A stretch of 64,000 bases of DNA from Eledone cirrhosa (Eukaryota), in contig OZ024743.1 in assembly GCA_964016885.1 (NCBI GenBank), positions 132,246,001 to 132,310,000 of the forward strand, in the 5' to 3' direction. This document shows, in pieces, positions 1-10,620 of the stretch (position 1 is the first letter of the stretch; every line of letters starts with the position of its first letter). The notes beneath the pieces are model-generated. The model ran no database searches, had not been told where the DNA came from, and saw only the letters and a list, made by a program, of their open reading frames with translations. The position numbers and the translations under genes were made by a program.

Positions 1-103
1 GGTGTTTGGTGCTTGGTGCTTGGTGTTTGGGTTTTGGTGCTTGGTGCTTGGTGTTTGGTGTTTGGTGCTTGGTGTTTGGTGTTTGGTGCTTGGTGTTTGG
101 TGC

Positions 104-790
104 TTGGTGCTTGGTGCTTGGTGTTTGGTGCTGGGTGCTTGGTGCTTGGTGTTTGGTGTTTGGTGCTTGGTGCCTGGTGTTTGGTGTTTGGTGTTTGATG
201 CTTGGTGTTTGATGCTTGGTGCGTGGGACTTAGTGTTTGTTGTTTGGTGCTTGGTGTTTGGTGCTTGGTGTTTGGGGCTTGGTGTTCGGTGCTTGGTGCT
301 TGCTGCTTGGTGCTTGGTGTTTGGTGTTTGGTGCTTGGTGCTTGGTGTTTGATGTTGGGTCCTTAGTGCTTGGTGCTTGGTGTTTGGTGTTTGGTGCTTG
401 CTGCTTGCTGCTTGTTGTTTCGTTCTTTGTGATTGGTGCTTGGTGCTTGGTGTTTGGTGCTGGGTGCTTGGTGCTTGGTGTTTGGTGTTTGGTGCTTGGT
501 GCCTGGTGTTTGGTGTTTGGTGTTTGATGCTTGGTGTTTGATGCTTGGTGCGTGGGACTTAGTGTTTGGTGTTTGGTGCTTGGTGTTTGGTGCTTGGTGT
601 TTGGGGCTTGGTGTTCGGTGCTTGGTGCTTGCGGCTTGATGCTTGGTGTTTGGTGTTTGGTGCTTGGTGCTTGGTGTTTGATGTTGTCTCCTTAGTGCTT
701 GGTGCTTGGTGTTTGGTGTTTGGTGCTTGCTGCTTGCTGCTTGTTGTTTCGTTCTTTGTGATTGGTGCTTGGTGCTTGGTGTTTGGTGCT
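104..790 (+). repeat. Local tandem duplication, period 329 bp (47 monomers)
   Basis: GCGTGGGACTTAG at 221 and 550; TTCGTTCTTTGTGA at ~419 and ~748; about five substitutions between copies. Confidence 0.9.
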
Positions 791-1153
791 TGGTGCTTGG
801 TGTTTGGTGTTTGGTGTTTGGTGCTTGGGGCTTGGTGTTTTGTGCTTGGTGCTTGGTGCTTGGTGTTTGGTGTTTGGTGTTTGGTGCTTGCTGTTTGGTG
901 CTTGGTGCTTGGTTCTGGGTGGTTGGTGTTTGCTGCTTGGTGCTTGGTGTTTGGTGCTTGGTGCTTGGTGCTTGTTGTTTGGTGCTTGGTGCTTGGTGCT
1001 TGGTCTTTGGTGCTTGGTGTTTGGTGTTTGGTGCTTGGTGCTTGGTGCTTGGTGTTTGGTGCTTGGTGCTTGGTGCTTGGTGTTTGGTGCTTGGTGCTTG
1101 GTGATTAGTGTTTGTTGCTTGGTGCTTGGGGTTTGGTGGTTGGTGCTTGGTGC

Positions 1154-1307
1154 TTGGTGTTTGGTGTTTGGTGTTTGGTGTTTGGTGTTTGCTGTTTGGT
1201 GTCTGCTTTTTGGTGTTTGGTGTTTGTTGTATGGTGTTTGCTGTTTCGTATTTGGTTTTTGCTGTTTGGTGTTTGGTGTTTGCTGTTTGTAGTTTGGTGT
1301 TTGGTGT
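1154..1307 (+). repeat. Diverged island of 22 consecutive T-ending monomers, rich in TTGCTGT; 12 copies of its core in the window
   Basis: Core TTCGTAT TTGGTTT; CGTA at 1247, 3611, 6148, 8512, 12850, 14748, 17062, 43044, 46443, 50493, 53858 and 58142. Confidence 0.9.
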
Positions 1308-4300
1308 TTGGTGCTTGGTGCTTGGTGTTTGGTGCTTGGTGCTTGGTTTTTGGTGTTTGGTGCTTGGTACCTGGTGCTTGTTGTTTGGTGTTTGGTGCTT
1401 GGTGCTTGGTGCTTGGTGTTTGGTGCTTGGTGTCTGGTGTTTGGTGCTTGGTGCTTGGTGCTTGGTGTTTGGTGTTTGGTGCTTGGTGCTTGGTGTTTGG
1501 TGTTTGGTGCTGGGTGCTTGGAGTTTGGTGCTTGGTGCTTGGTGCTTAGTGCTTGGTGTTTGGTGTTTGGTGCTTGGTGCTTGGTGTTTGGTGTTTGATG
1601 CTTGGTGTGTGCTGCTTGGTGTTTGGTGTTTGATGCTTGGTGTGTGCTGCTTGGTGCTTGGTGCTTGTTGTTTTGTGTTTGGTGCTTGGTGCTTGGTGCC
1701 TGGTTCTTGGTGCTTGGTGCTTGTTGTTTGGTGCTTGGTGCTTGGTGATTAGTGTTTGGTGCTTGGTGCTTGGGGTTTGCTGTTTGGTACTTGGTGCTTG
1801 GTGTTTGGTGCTTGGTGCTTGGTGTTTGGTGTTTGGTGTTTGGTGCATGGTGTCTGGTGTTTGGTGTTTGGTGTTTGGTGCTTGGTGCCTGGTGTTTGGG
1901 TTTTGGTGCTTGGTGCTTGGTGTTTGGTGTTTGGTGCTTGGTGTCTGGTGTTTGGTGCTTGGTGTTTGGTGCTTGGTGCTTGGTGCTTGGTGTTTGGTGC
2001 TGGGTGCTTGGTGCTTGGTGTTTGGTGTTTGGTGTTTGATGCTTGGTGTTTGATGCTTGTTGCTTGGTGCTTGGTGTTTTGTGTTTGGTGTTTGGTGCTT
2101 GGTGTATGTACTTGGTGCTTGGTGTTTGGTGCTTGGTTCTTGGTGTTTGGTGATTGGTGCTTGGTGCTTGGTGTTTGGTGCCGGGTGCTTGGTGTTTGGT
2201 AATTGGTGCTTGGTGTTTGGTGTTTGGTGCTTGGTGTTTGGTGCTTGGTGCTTGGTGCTTGGTGCTTGGTGTTATGTGTTTGGTGCTTGGTGCTTGGTGT
2301 TTGGTGGTGGTGCTTGGTGTTTGGTGCTTGGTGCCTGGTGCTTGGTGTTTGGTGCTTGGTGTTTGGTGCTTGGTGTTTGGTGCTTGGTGCTCGGTGCTTT
2401 GTGCTTGGTGCTTGGTGATTGGTGTTTGGTGTTTGGTGCTTGATGCTTGGTGTTTGATGTTTGGTCCTTGGTGCTTGGTGTTTGGTGATTTGTGCTTGGT
2501 GCTTGGTGCTTGGTGTTTGGTGCTTGGTGCTTGGTGCTTGGTGTTTGGCGTTTGCTGTTTGCTGTTTGGTGTTTGGTGTTTGCTGTTTGGTGTTTGGTGC
2601 TTGGTGTTTGGTGCTTGGTGCTTGCTGTTTGGTGTTTGGTGTTTGGTTCTTGCTGCTTGGTGTTTGGTGCTTGGTGCTTGGTGTTTGGTGCTTGGTGCCT
2701 GGTGCTTGGTGTTTGGTGCTTGGTGCTTGTTGTTAGGTGATTGGTGCTTGGTGTTTGGTGCTTGGTGCTTGGTGCTTGGTGCTTGGTGTTAGGCGTTTGG
2801 TGCTTGGTGCTTGGTGTTTGATGTTTGGTCCTTGGTGCTTGGTGTTTGGTATTTGGTGCTTGGTGCTTGGTGTTTGGTGTTTGGTGCTTGCTGCTTGCTG
2901 CTTGGTGTTTGGTGCTTGGTGATTGGTGCTTGGTGTTTTGTGCTTTTTGCTTGGTGTTTGGTGTTTGGTGCTACGGTCTTGGTGCTTGGTGCTTGGTGTT
3001 TGGTGCTTGGTGCTTGGTGTTTGGTGTTTGGTGCTTAGTGCGTGGGGCTTGGTGTTTGGTGCTTGGTGTTTGGTGATCGGTGTTTGGTGCTTGCTGTTTG
3101 GTGCTTGGTGCTTGGTGTTTGGTGTTTGGTGTTTGGTGCTTGGTGCTTGGTGTTTGGTGCTTGGTGCTTGGTGCTTGGTGCTTGGTCTTTGGTGCTTGGT
3201 GCTTGGTGATTAGTGTTTGGTGATTGGTGCTTGGGGTTTGGTGTTTGGTACTTGGTGTTTGGTGCTTGGTGCTTGCTGTTTGGTGGTTGGTGTTTGCTGC
3301 TTGGTGCTTGGTGTTTGCTGCTTGGTGCTTGGTGCTTGTTGTTTGGTGCTTGGTGCTTGGTGCTTGGTCTTTGGTGCTTGGTGTTTAGTGTTTGGTGCTT
3401 GGTGCTTGGTGCTTGGTGTTTGGTGCTTGGTGCTTGGTGCTTGGTGTTTGGTGCTTGGTGCTTGGTGATTAGTGTTTGTTGCTTGGTGCTTGGGGTTTGG
3501 TGGTTGGTGCTTGGTGCTTGGTGTTTGGTGTTTGGTGTTTGGTGTTTGGTGTTTGCTGTTTGGTGTCTGCTTTTTGGTGTTTGGTGTTTGCTGTATGGTG
3601 TTTGCTGTTTCGTATTTGGTTTTTGCTGTTTGGTGTTTGGTGTTTGCTGTTTGGTGTTTGGTGTTTGGTGTTTGGTGCTTGGTGCTTGGTGTTTGGTGCT
3701 TGGTTTTTGGTGTTTGGTGCTTGGTACCTGGTGCTTGTTGTTTGGTGTTTGGTGCTTGGTGCTTGGTGCTTGGTGTTTGGTGCTTGGTGTTTGGTGTTTG
3801 GTGCTTGGTGCTTGGTGCTTGGTGTTTGGTGTTTGGTGCTTGGTGCTTGGTGTTTGGTGTTTGGTGCTGGGTGCTTGGAGTTTGGTGCTTGGTGCTTGGT
3901 GCTTAGTGCTTGGTGTTTGGTGTTTGGTGCTTGGTGCTTGGTGTTTGGTGTTTGATGCTTGGTGTGTGCTGCTTGGTGCTTGGTGCATGGTGTTTTGTGT
4001 TTGGTGCTTGGTGCTTGGTGCCTGGTTCTTGGTGCTTGGTGCTTGTTGTTTGGTGCTTGGTGCTTAGTGATTAGTGTTTGGTGCTTGGTGCTTGGTGCTT
4101 GGGGTTTGCTGTTTGGTACTTGGTGCTTGGTGTTTGGTGCTTGGTGCTTGGTGTTTGGTGTTTGGTGTTTGGTGCTTGGTGTTTGGTGTTTGGTGTTTGG
4201 TGTTTGGTGCTTGGTGCTTGGTGTTTGGGTTTTGGTGCTTGGTGCTTGGTGTTTGGTGTTTGGTGCTTGGTGTCTGGTGTTTGGTGCTTGGTGTTTGGTG

Positions 4301-4977
4301 CTTGGTGCTTGGTGCTTGGTGTTTGGTGCTGGGTGCTTGGTGCTTGGTGTTTGGTGTTTGGTGTTTGATGCTTGGTGTTTGATGCTTGTTGCTTGGTGCT
4401 TGGTGTTTTGTGTTTGGTGTTTGGTGCTTGGTGTATGTACTTGGTGCTTGGTGTTTGGTGCTTGGTTCTTGGTGTTTGGTGATTGGTGCTTGGTGCTTGG
4501 TGTTTGGTGCTTGGTGCTTGGTGTTTGGTACTTGGTGCTTGGTGTTTGGTGTTTGGTGCTTGGTGTTTGGTGCTTGGTGCTTGGTGCTTGGTGCTTGGTG
4601 TTATGTGTTTGGTGCTTGGTGCTTGGTGTTTGGTGGTGGTGCTTGGTGTTTGGTGCTTGGTGCCTGGTGCTTGGTGTTTGGTGCTTGGTGTTTGGTGCTT
4701 GGTGTTTGGTGCTTGGTGCTCGGTGCTTTGTGCTTGGTGCTTGGTGATTGGTGTTTGGTGTTTGGTGCTTGGTGCTTGGTGTTTGATGTTTGGTCCTTGG
4801 TGCTTGGTGTTTGGTGATTTGTGCTTGGTGCTTGGTGCCTGGTGTTTGGTGCTTGGTGCTTGGTGCTTGGTGTTTGGCGTTTGCTGTTTGCTGTTTGGTG
4901 TTTGTTGTTTGCTGTTTGGTGTTTGGTGCTTGGTGTTTGGTGCTTGGTGCTTGCTGTTTGGTGTTTGGTGTTTGGTT

Positions 4978-5703
4978 CTTGGTGCTTGGTGTTTGGTGCT
5001 TGGTGCTTGGTGTTTGGTGATTGGTGCTTGGTGCTTGGTGTTTGGTGCTTGGTGCTTGGTGTTTGGTACTTGGTGCTTGGTGTTTGGTGTTTGGTGCTTG
5101 GTGTTTGGTGCTTGGTGCTTGGTGCTTGGTGTTATGTGTTTGGTGCTTGGTGCTTGGTGTTTGGTGGTGGTGCTTGGTGTTTGGTGCTTGGTGCCTGGTG
5201 CTTGGTGTTTGGTGCTTGGTGTTTGGTGCTTGGTGATTGGTGCTTGGTGTTCGGTGCTTTGTGCTTGGTGCTTGGTGATTGGTGTTTGGTGTTTGGTGCT
5301 TGGTGCTTGGTGTTTGATGTTTGGTCCTTGGTGCTTGGTGTTTGGTGCTTGGTGCTTGGTGTTTGGTGATTGGTGCTTGGTGCTTGGTGTTTGGTGCTTG
5401 GTGCTTGGTGTTTGGTACTTGGTGCTTGGTGTTTGGTGTTTGGTGCTTGGTGTTTGGTGCTTGGTGCTTGGTGCTTGGTGTTATGTGTTTGGTGCTTGGT
5501 GCTTGGTGTTTGGTGGTGGTGCTTGGTGTTTGGTGCTTGGTGCCTGGTGCTTGGTGTTTGGTGCTTGGTGTTTGGTGCTTGGTGATTGGTGCTTGGTGTT
5601 CGGTGCTTTGTGCTTGGTGCTTGGTGATTGGTGTTTGGTGTTTGGTGCTTGGTGCTTGGTGTTTGATGTTTGGTCCTTGGTGCTTGGTGTTTGGTGCTTG
5701 GTG
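4978..5703 (+). repeat. Local tandem duplication, period 349 bp (50 monomers, one of them 6 bp)
   Basis: Identical ORFs at 5021 and 5370. The segment occurs only once in the +4901 partner (9922). Confidence 0.9.
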
Positions 5704-8700
5704 TTTGGTGTTTGGTGTTTGGTGCTTGGGGCTTGGTGTTTTGTGCTTGGTGCTTGGTGCTTGGTGTTTGGTGTTTGGTGTTTGGTGCTTGCTGTTTGGT
5801 GCTTGGTGCTTGGTTCTGGGTGGTTGGTGTTTGCTGCTTGGTGCTTGGTGTTTGGTGCTTGGTGCTTGGTGCTTGTTGTTTGGTGCTTGGTGCTTGGTGC
5901 TTGGTCTTTGGTGCTTGGTGTTTGGTGTTTGGTGCTTGGTGCTTGGTGCTTGGTGTTTGGTGCTTGGTGCTTGGTGCTTGGTGTTTGGTGCTTGGTGCTT
6001 GGTGATTAGTGTTTGTTGCTTGGTGCTTGGGGTTTGGTGGTTGGTGCTTGGTGCTTGGTGTTTGGTGTTTGGTGTTTGGTGTTTGGTGTTTGCTGTTTGG
6101 TGTCTGCTTTTTGGTGTTTGGTGTTTGTTGTATGGTGTTTGCTGTTTCGTATTTGGTTTTTGCTGTTTGGTGTTTGGTGTTTGCTGTTTGTAGTTTGGTG
6201 TTTGGTGTTTGGTGCTTGGTGCTTGGTGTTTGGTGCTTGGTGCTTGGTTTTTGGTGTTTGGTGCTTGGTACCTGGTGCTTGTTGTTTGGTGTTTGGTGCT
6301 TGGTGCTTGGTGCTTGGTGTTTGGTGCTTGGTGTCTGGTGTTTGGTGCTTGGTGCTTGGTGCTTGGTGTTTGGTGTTTGGTGCTTGGTGCTTGGTGTTTG
6401 GTGTTTGGTGCTGGGTGCTTGGAGTTTGGTGCTTGGTGCTTGGTGCTTAGTGCTTGGTGTTTGGTGTTTGGTGCTTGGTGCTTGGTGTTTGGTGTTTGAT
6501 GCTTGGTGTGTGCTGCTTGGTGTTTGGTGTTTGATGCTTGGTGTGTGCTGCTTGGTGCTTGGTGCTTGTTGTTTTGTGTTTGGTGCTTGGTGCTTGGTGC
6601 CTGGTTCTTGGTGCTTGGTGCTTGTTGTTTGGTGCTTGGTGCTTGGTGATTAGTGTTTGGTGCTTGGTGCTTGGGGTTTGCTGTTTGGTACTTGGTGCTT
6701 GGTGTTTGGTGCTTGGTGCTTGGTGTTTGGTGTTTGGTGTTTGGTGCATGGTGTCTGGTGTTTGGTGTTTGGTGTTTGGTGCTTGGTGCCTGGTGTTTGG
6801 GTTTTGGTGCTTGGTGCTTGGTGTTTGGTGTTTGGTGCTTGGTGTCTGGTGTTTGGTGCTTGGTGTTTGGTGCTTGGTGCTTGGTGCTTGGTGTTTGGTG
6901 CTGGGTGCTTGGTGCTTGGTGTTTGGTGTTTGGTGTTTGATGCTTGGTGTTTGATGCTTGTTGCTTGGTGCTTGGTGTTTTGTGTTTGGTGTTTGGTGCT
7001 TGGTGTATGTACTTGGTGCTTGGTGTTTGGTGCTTGGTTCTTGGTGTTTGGTGATTGGTGCTTGGTGCTTGGTGTTTGGTGCCGGGTGCTTGGTGTTTGG
7101 TAATTGGTGCTTGGTGTTTGGTGTTTGGTGCTTGGTGTTTGGTGCTTGGTGCTTGGTGCTTGGTGCTTGGTGTTATGTGTTTGGTGCTTGGTGCTTGGTG
7201 TTTGGTGGTGGTGCTTGGTGTTTGGTGCTTGGTGCCTGGTGCTTGGTGTTTGGTGCTTGGTGTTTGGTGCTTGGTGTTTGGTGCTTGGTGCTCGGTGCTT
7301 TGTGCTTGGTGCTTGGTGATTGGTGTTTGGTGTTTGGTGCTTGATGCTTGGTGTTTGATGTTTGGTCCTTGGTGCTTGGTGTTTGGTGATTTGTGCTTGG
7401 TGCTTGGTGCTTGGTGTTTGGTGCTTGGTGCTTGGTGCTTGGTGTTTGGCGTTTGCTGTTTGCTGTTTGGTGTTTGGTGTTTGCTGTTTGGTGTTTGGTG
7501 CTTGGTGTTTGGTGCTTGGTGCTTGCTGTTTGGTGTTTGGTGTTTGGTTCTTGCTGCTTGGTGTTTGGTGCTTGGTGCTTGGTGTTTGGTGCTTGGTGCC
7601 TGGTGCTTGGTGTTTGGTGCTTGGTGCTTGTTGTTAGGTGATTGGTGCTTGGTGTTTGGTGCTTGGTGCTTGGTGCTTGGTGCTTGGTGTTAGGCGTTTG
7701 GTGCTTGGTGCTTGGTGTTTGATGTTTGGTCCTTGGTGCTTGGTGTTTGGTATTTGGTGCTTGGTGCTTGGTGTTTGGTGTTTGGTGCTTGCTGCTTGCT
7801 GCTTGGTGTTTGGTGCTTGGTGATTGGTGCTTGGTGTTTTGTGCTTTTTGCTTGGTGTTTGGTGTTTGGTGCTACGGTCTTGGTGCTTGGTGCTTGGTGT
7901 TTGGTGCTTGGTGCTTGGTGTTTGGTGTTTGGTGCTTAGTGCGTGGGGCTTGGTGTTTGGTGCTTGGTGTTTGGTGATCGGTGTTTGGTGCTTGCTGTTT
8001 GGTGCTTGGTGCTTGGTGTTTGGTGTTTGGTGTTTGGTGCTTGGTGCTTGGTGTTTGGTGCTTGGTGCTTGGTGCTTGGTGCTTGGTCTTTGGTGCTTGG
8101 TGCTTGGTGATTAGTGTTTGGTGATTGGTGCTTGGGGTTTGGTGTTTGGTACTTGGTGTTTGGTGCTTGGTGCTTGCTGTTTGGTGGTTGGTGTTTGCTG
8201 CTTGGTGCTTGGTGTTTGCTGCTTGGTGCTTGGTGCTTGTTGTTTGGTGCTTGGTGCTTGGTGCTTGGTCTTTGGTGCTTGGTGTTTAGTGTTTGGTGCT
8301 TGGTGCTTGGTGCTTGGTGTTTGGTGCTTGGTGCTTGGTGCTTGGTGTTTGGTGCTTGGTGCTTGGTGATTAGTGTTTGTTGCTTGGTGCTTGGGGTTTG
8401 GTGGTTGGTGCTTGGTGCTTGGTGTTTGGTGTTTGGTGTTTGGTGTTTGGTGTTTGCTGTTTGGTGTCTGCTTTTTGGTGTTTGGTGTTTGCTGTATGGT
8501 GTTTGCTGTTTCGTATTTGGTTTTTGCTGTTTGGTGTTTGGTGTTTGCTGTTTGGTGTTTGGTGTTTGGTGTTTGGTGCTTGGTGCTTGGTGTTTGGTGC
8601 TTGGTTTTTGGTGTTTGGTGCTTGGTACCTGGTGCTTGTTGTTTGGTGTTTGGTGCTTGGTGCTTGGTGCTTGGTGTTTGGTGCTTGGTGTTTGGTGTTT

Positions 8701-10620
8701 GGTGCTTGGTGCTTGGTGCTTGGTGTTTGGTGTTTGGTGCTTGGTGCTTGGTGTTTGGTGTTTGGTGCTGGGTGCTTGGAGTTTGGTGCTTGGTGCTTGG
8801 TGCTTAGTGCTTGGTGTTTGGTGTTTGGTGCTTGGTGCTTGGTGTTTGGTGTTTGATGCTTGGTGTGTGCTGCTTGGTGCTTGGTGCATGGTGTTTTGTG
8901 TTTGGTGCTTGGTGCTTGGTGCCTGGTTCTTGGTGCTTGGTGCTTGTTGTTTGGTGCTTGGTGCTTAGTGATTAGTGTTTGGTGCTTGGTGCTTGGTGCT
9001 TGGGGTTTGCTGTTTGGTACTTGGTGCTTGGTGTTTGGTGCTTGGTGCTTGGTGTTTGGTGTTTGGTGTTTGGTGCTTGGTGTTTGGTGTTTGGTGTTTG
9101 GTGTTTGGTGCTTGGTGCTTGGTGTTTGGGTTTTGGTGCTTGCTGCTTGGTGTTTGGTGTTTGGTGCTTGGTGTCTGGTGTTTGGTGCTTGGTGTTTGGT
9201 GCTTGGTGCTTGGTGCTTGGTGTTTGGTGCTGGGTGCTTGGTGCTTGGTGTTTGGTGTTTGGTGTTTGATGCTTGGTGTTTGATGCTTGTTGCTTGGTGC
9301 TTGGTGTTTTGTGTTTGGTGTTTGGTGCTTGGTGTATGTACTTGGTGCTTGGTGTTTGGTGCTTGGTTCTTGGTGTTTGGTGATTGGTGCTTGGTGCTTG
9401 GTGTTTGGTGCTTGGTGCTTGGTGTTTGGTACTTGGTGCTTGGTGTTTGGTGTTTGGTGCTTGGTGTTTGGTGCTTGGTGCTTGGTGCTTGGTGCTTGGT
9501 GTTATGTGTTTGGTGCTTGGTGCTTGGTGTTTGGTGGTGGTGCTTGGTGTTTGGTGCTTGGTGCCTGGTGCTTGGTGTTTGGTGCTTGGTGTTTGGTGCT
9601 TGGTGTTTGGTGCTTGGTGCTCGGTGCTTTGTGCTTGGTGCTTGGTGATTGGTGTTTGGTGTTTGGTGCTTGGTGCTTGGTGTTTGATGTTTGGTCCTTG
9701 GTGCTTGGTGTTTGGTGATTTGTGCTTGGTGCTTGGTGCCTGGTGTTTGGTGCTTGGTGCTTGGTGCTTGGTGTTTGGCGTTTGCTGTTTGCTGTTTGGT
9801 GTTTGTTGTTTGCTGTTTGGTGTTTGGTGCTTGGTGTTTGGTGCTTGGTGCTTGCTGTTTGGTGTTTGGTGTTTGGTTCTTGGTGCTTGGTGTTTGGTGC
9901 TTGGTGCTTGGTGTTTGGTGATTGGTGCTTGGTGCTTGGTGTTTGGTGCTTGGTGCTTGGTGTTTGGTACTTGGTGCTTGGTGTTTGGTGTTTGGTGCTT
10001 GGTGTTTGGTGCTTGGTGCTTGGTGCTTGGTGTTATGTGTTTGGTGCTTGGTGCTTGGCGTTTGGTGGTGGTGCTTGGTGTTTGGTGCTTGGTGCCTGGT
10101 GCTTGGTGTTTGGTGCTTCGTGTTTGGTGCTTGGTGATTGGTGCTTGGTGTTCGGTGCTTTGTGCTTGGTGCTTGGTGATTGGTGTTTGGTGTTTGGTGC
10201 TTGGTGCTTGGTGTTTGATGTTTGGTCCTTGGTGCTTGGTGTTTGGTGCTTGGTGTTCAGTGATTTGTGCTTGGTGCTTGGTGCTTGGTGTTTGGTGCTT
10301 GGTGCTTGGTGCTTGGTGTTTGGCGTTTGCTGTTTGCTGTTTGGTGTTTGGTGTTTGCTGTTTGGTGTTTGGTGCTTGGTGTTTGGTGCTTGGTGCTTGC
10401 TGTTTGGTGTTTGGTGTTTGGTGCTTGGTTCTTGGTGCTTGGTGTTTGGTGCTTGGTGCTTGGTGTTTGGTGCTTGGTGCCTGGTGCTTGGTGTTTGGTG
10501 TTTGGTGCTTGGTGCCTGGTGCTTGGTGTTTGGTGCTTGGTGCTTGGTGTTAGGTGATTGGTGCTTGGTGTTTGGTGCTTGGTGCTTGGTGCTTGGTGCT
10601 TGGTGTTAGGCGTTTGGTGC

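Larger units (their letters stand above)
790..10255 (+). repeat. Near-identical duplication, offset 4901 bp (~790-5350 vs ~5691-10255); each copy is a dimer of the ~2.3 kb higher-order unit
   Basis: ORF track repeats at +4901 (1108/6009, 3035/7936, 4790/9691). Differences seen only at 4242/9143, 5158/10059 and 5218/10119. Confidence 0.95.
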
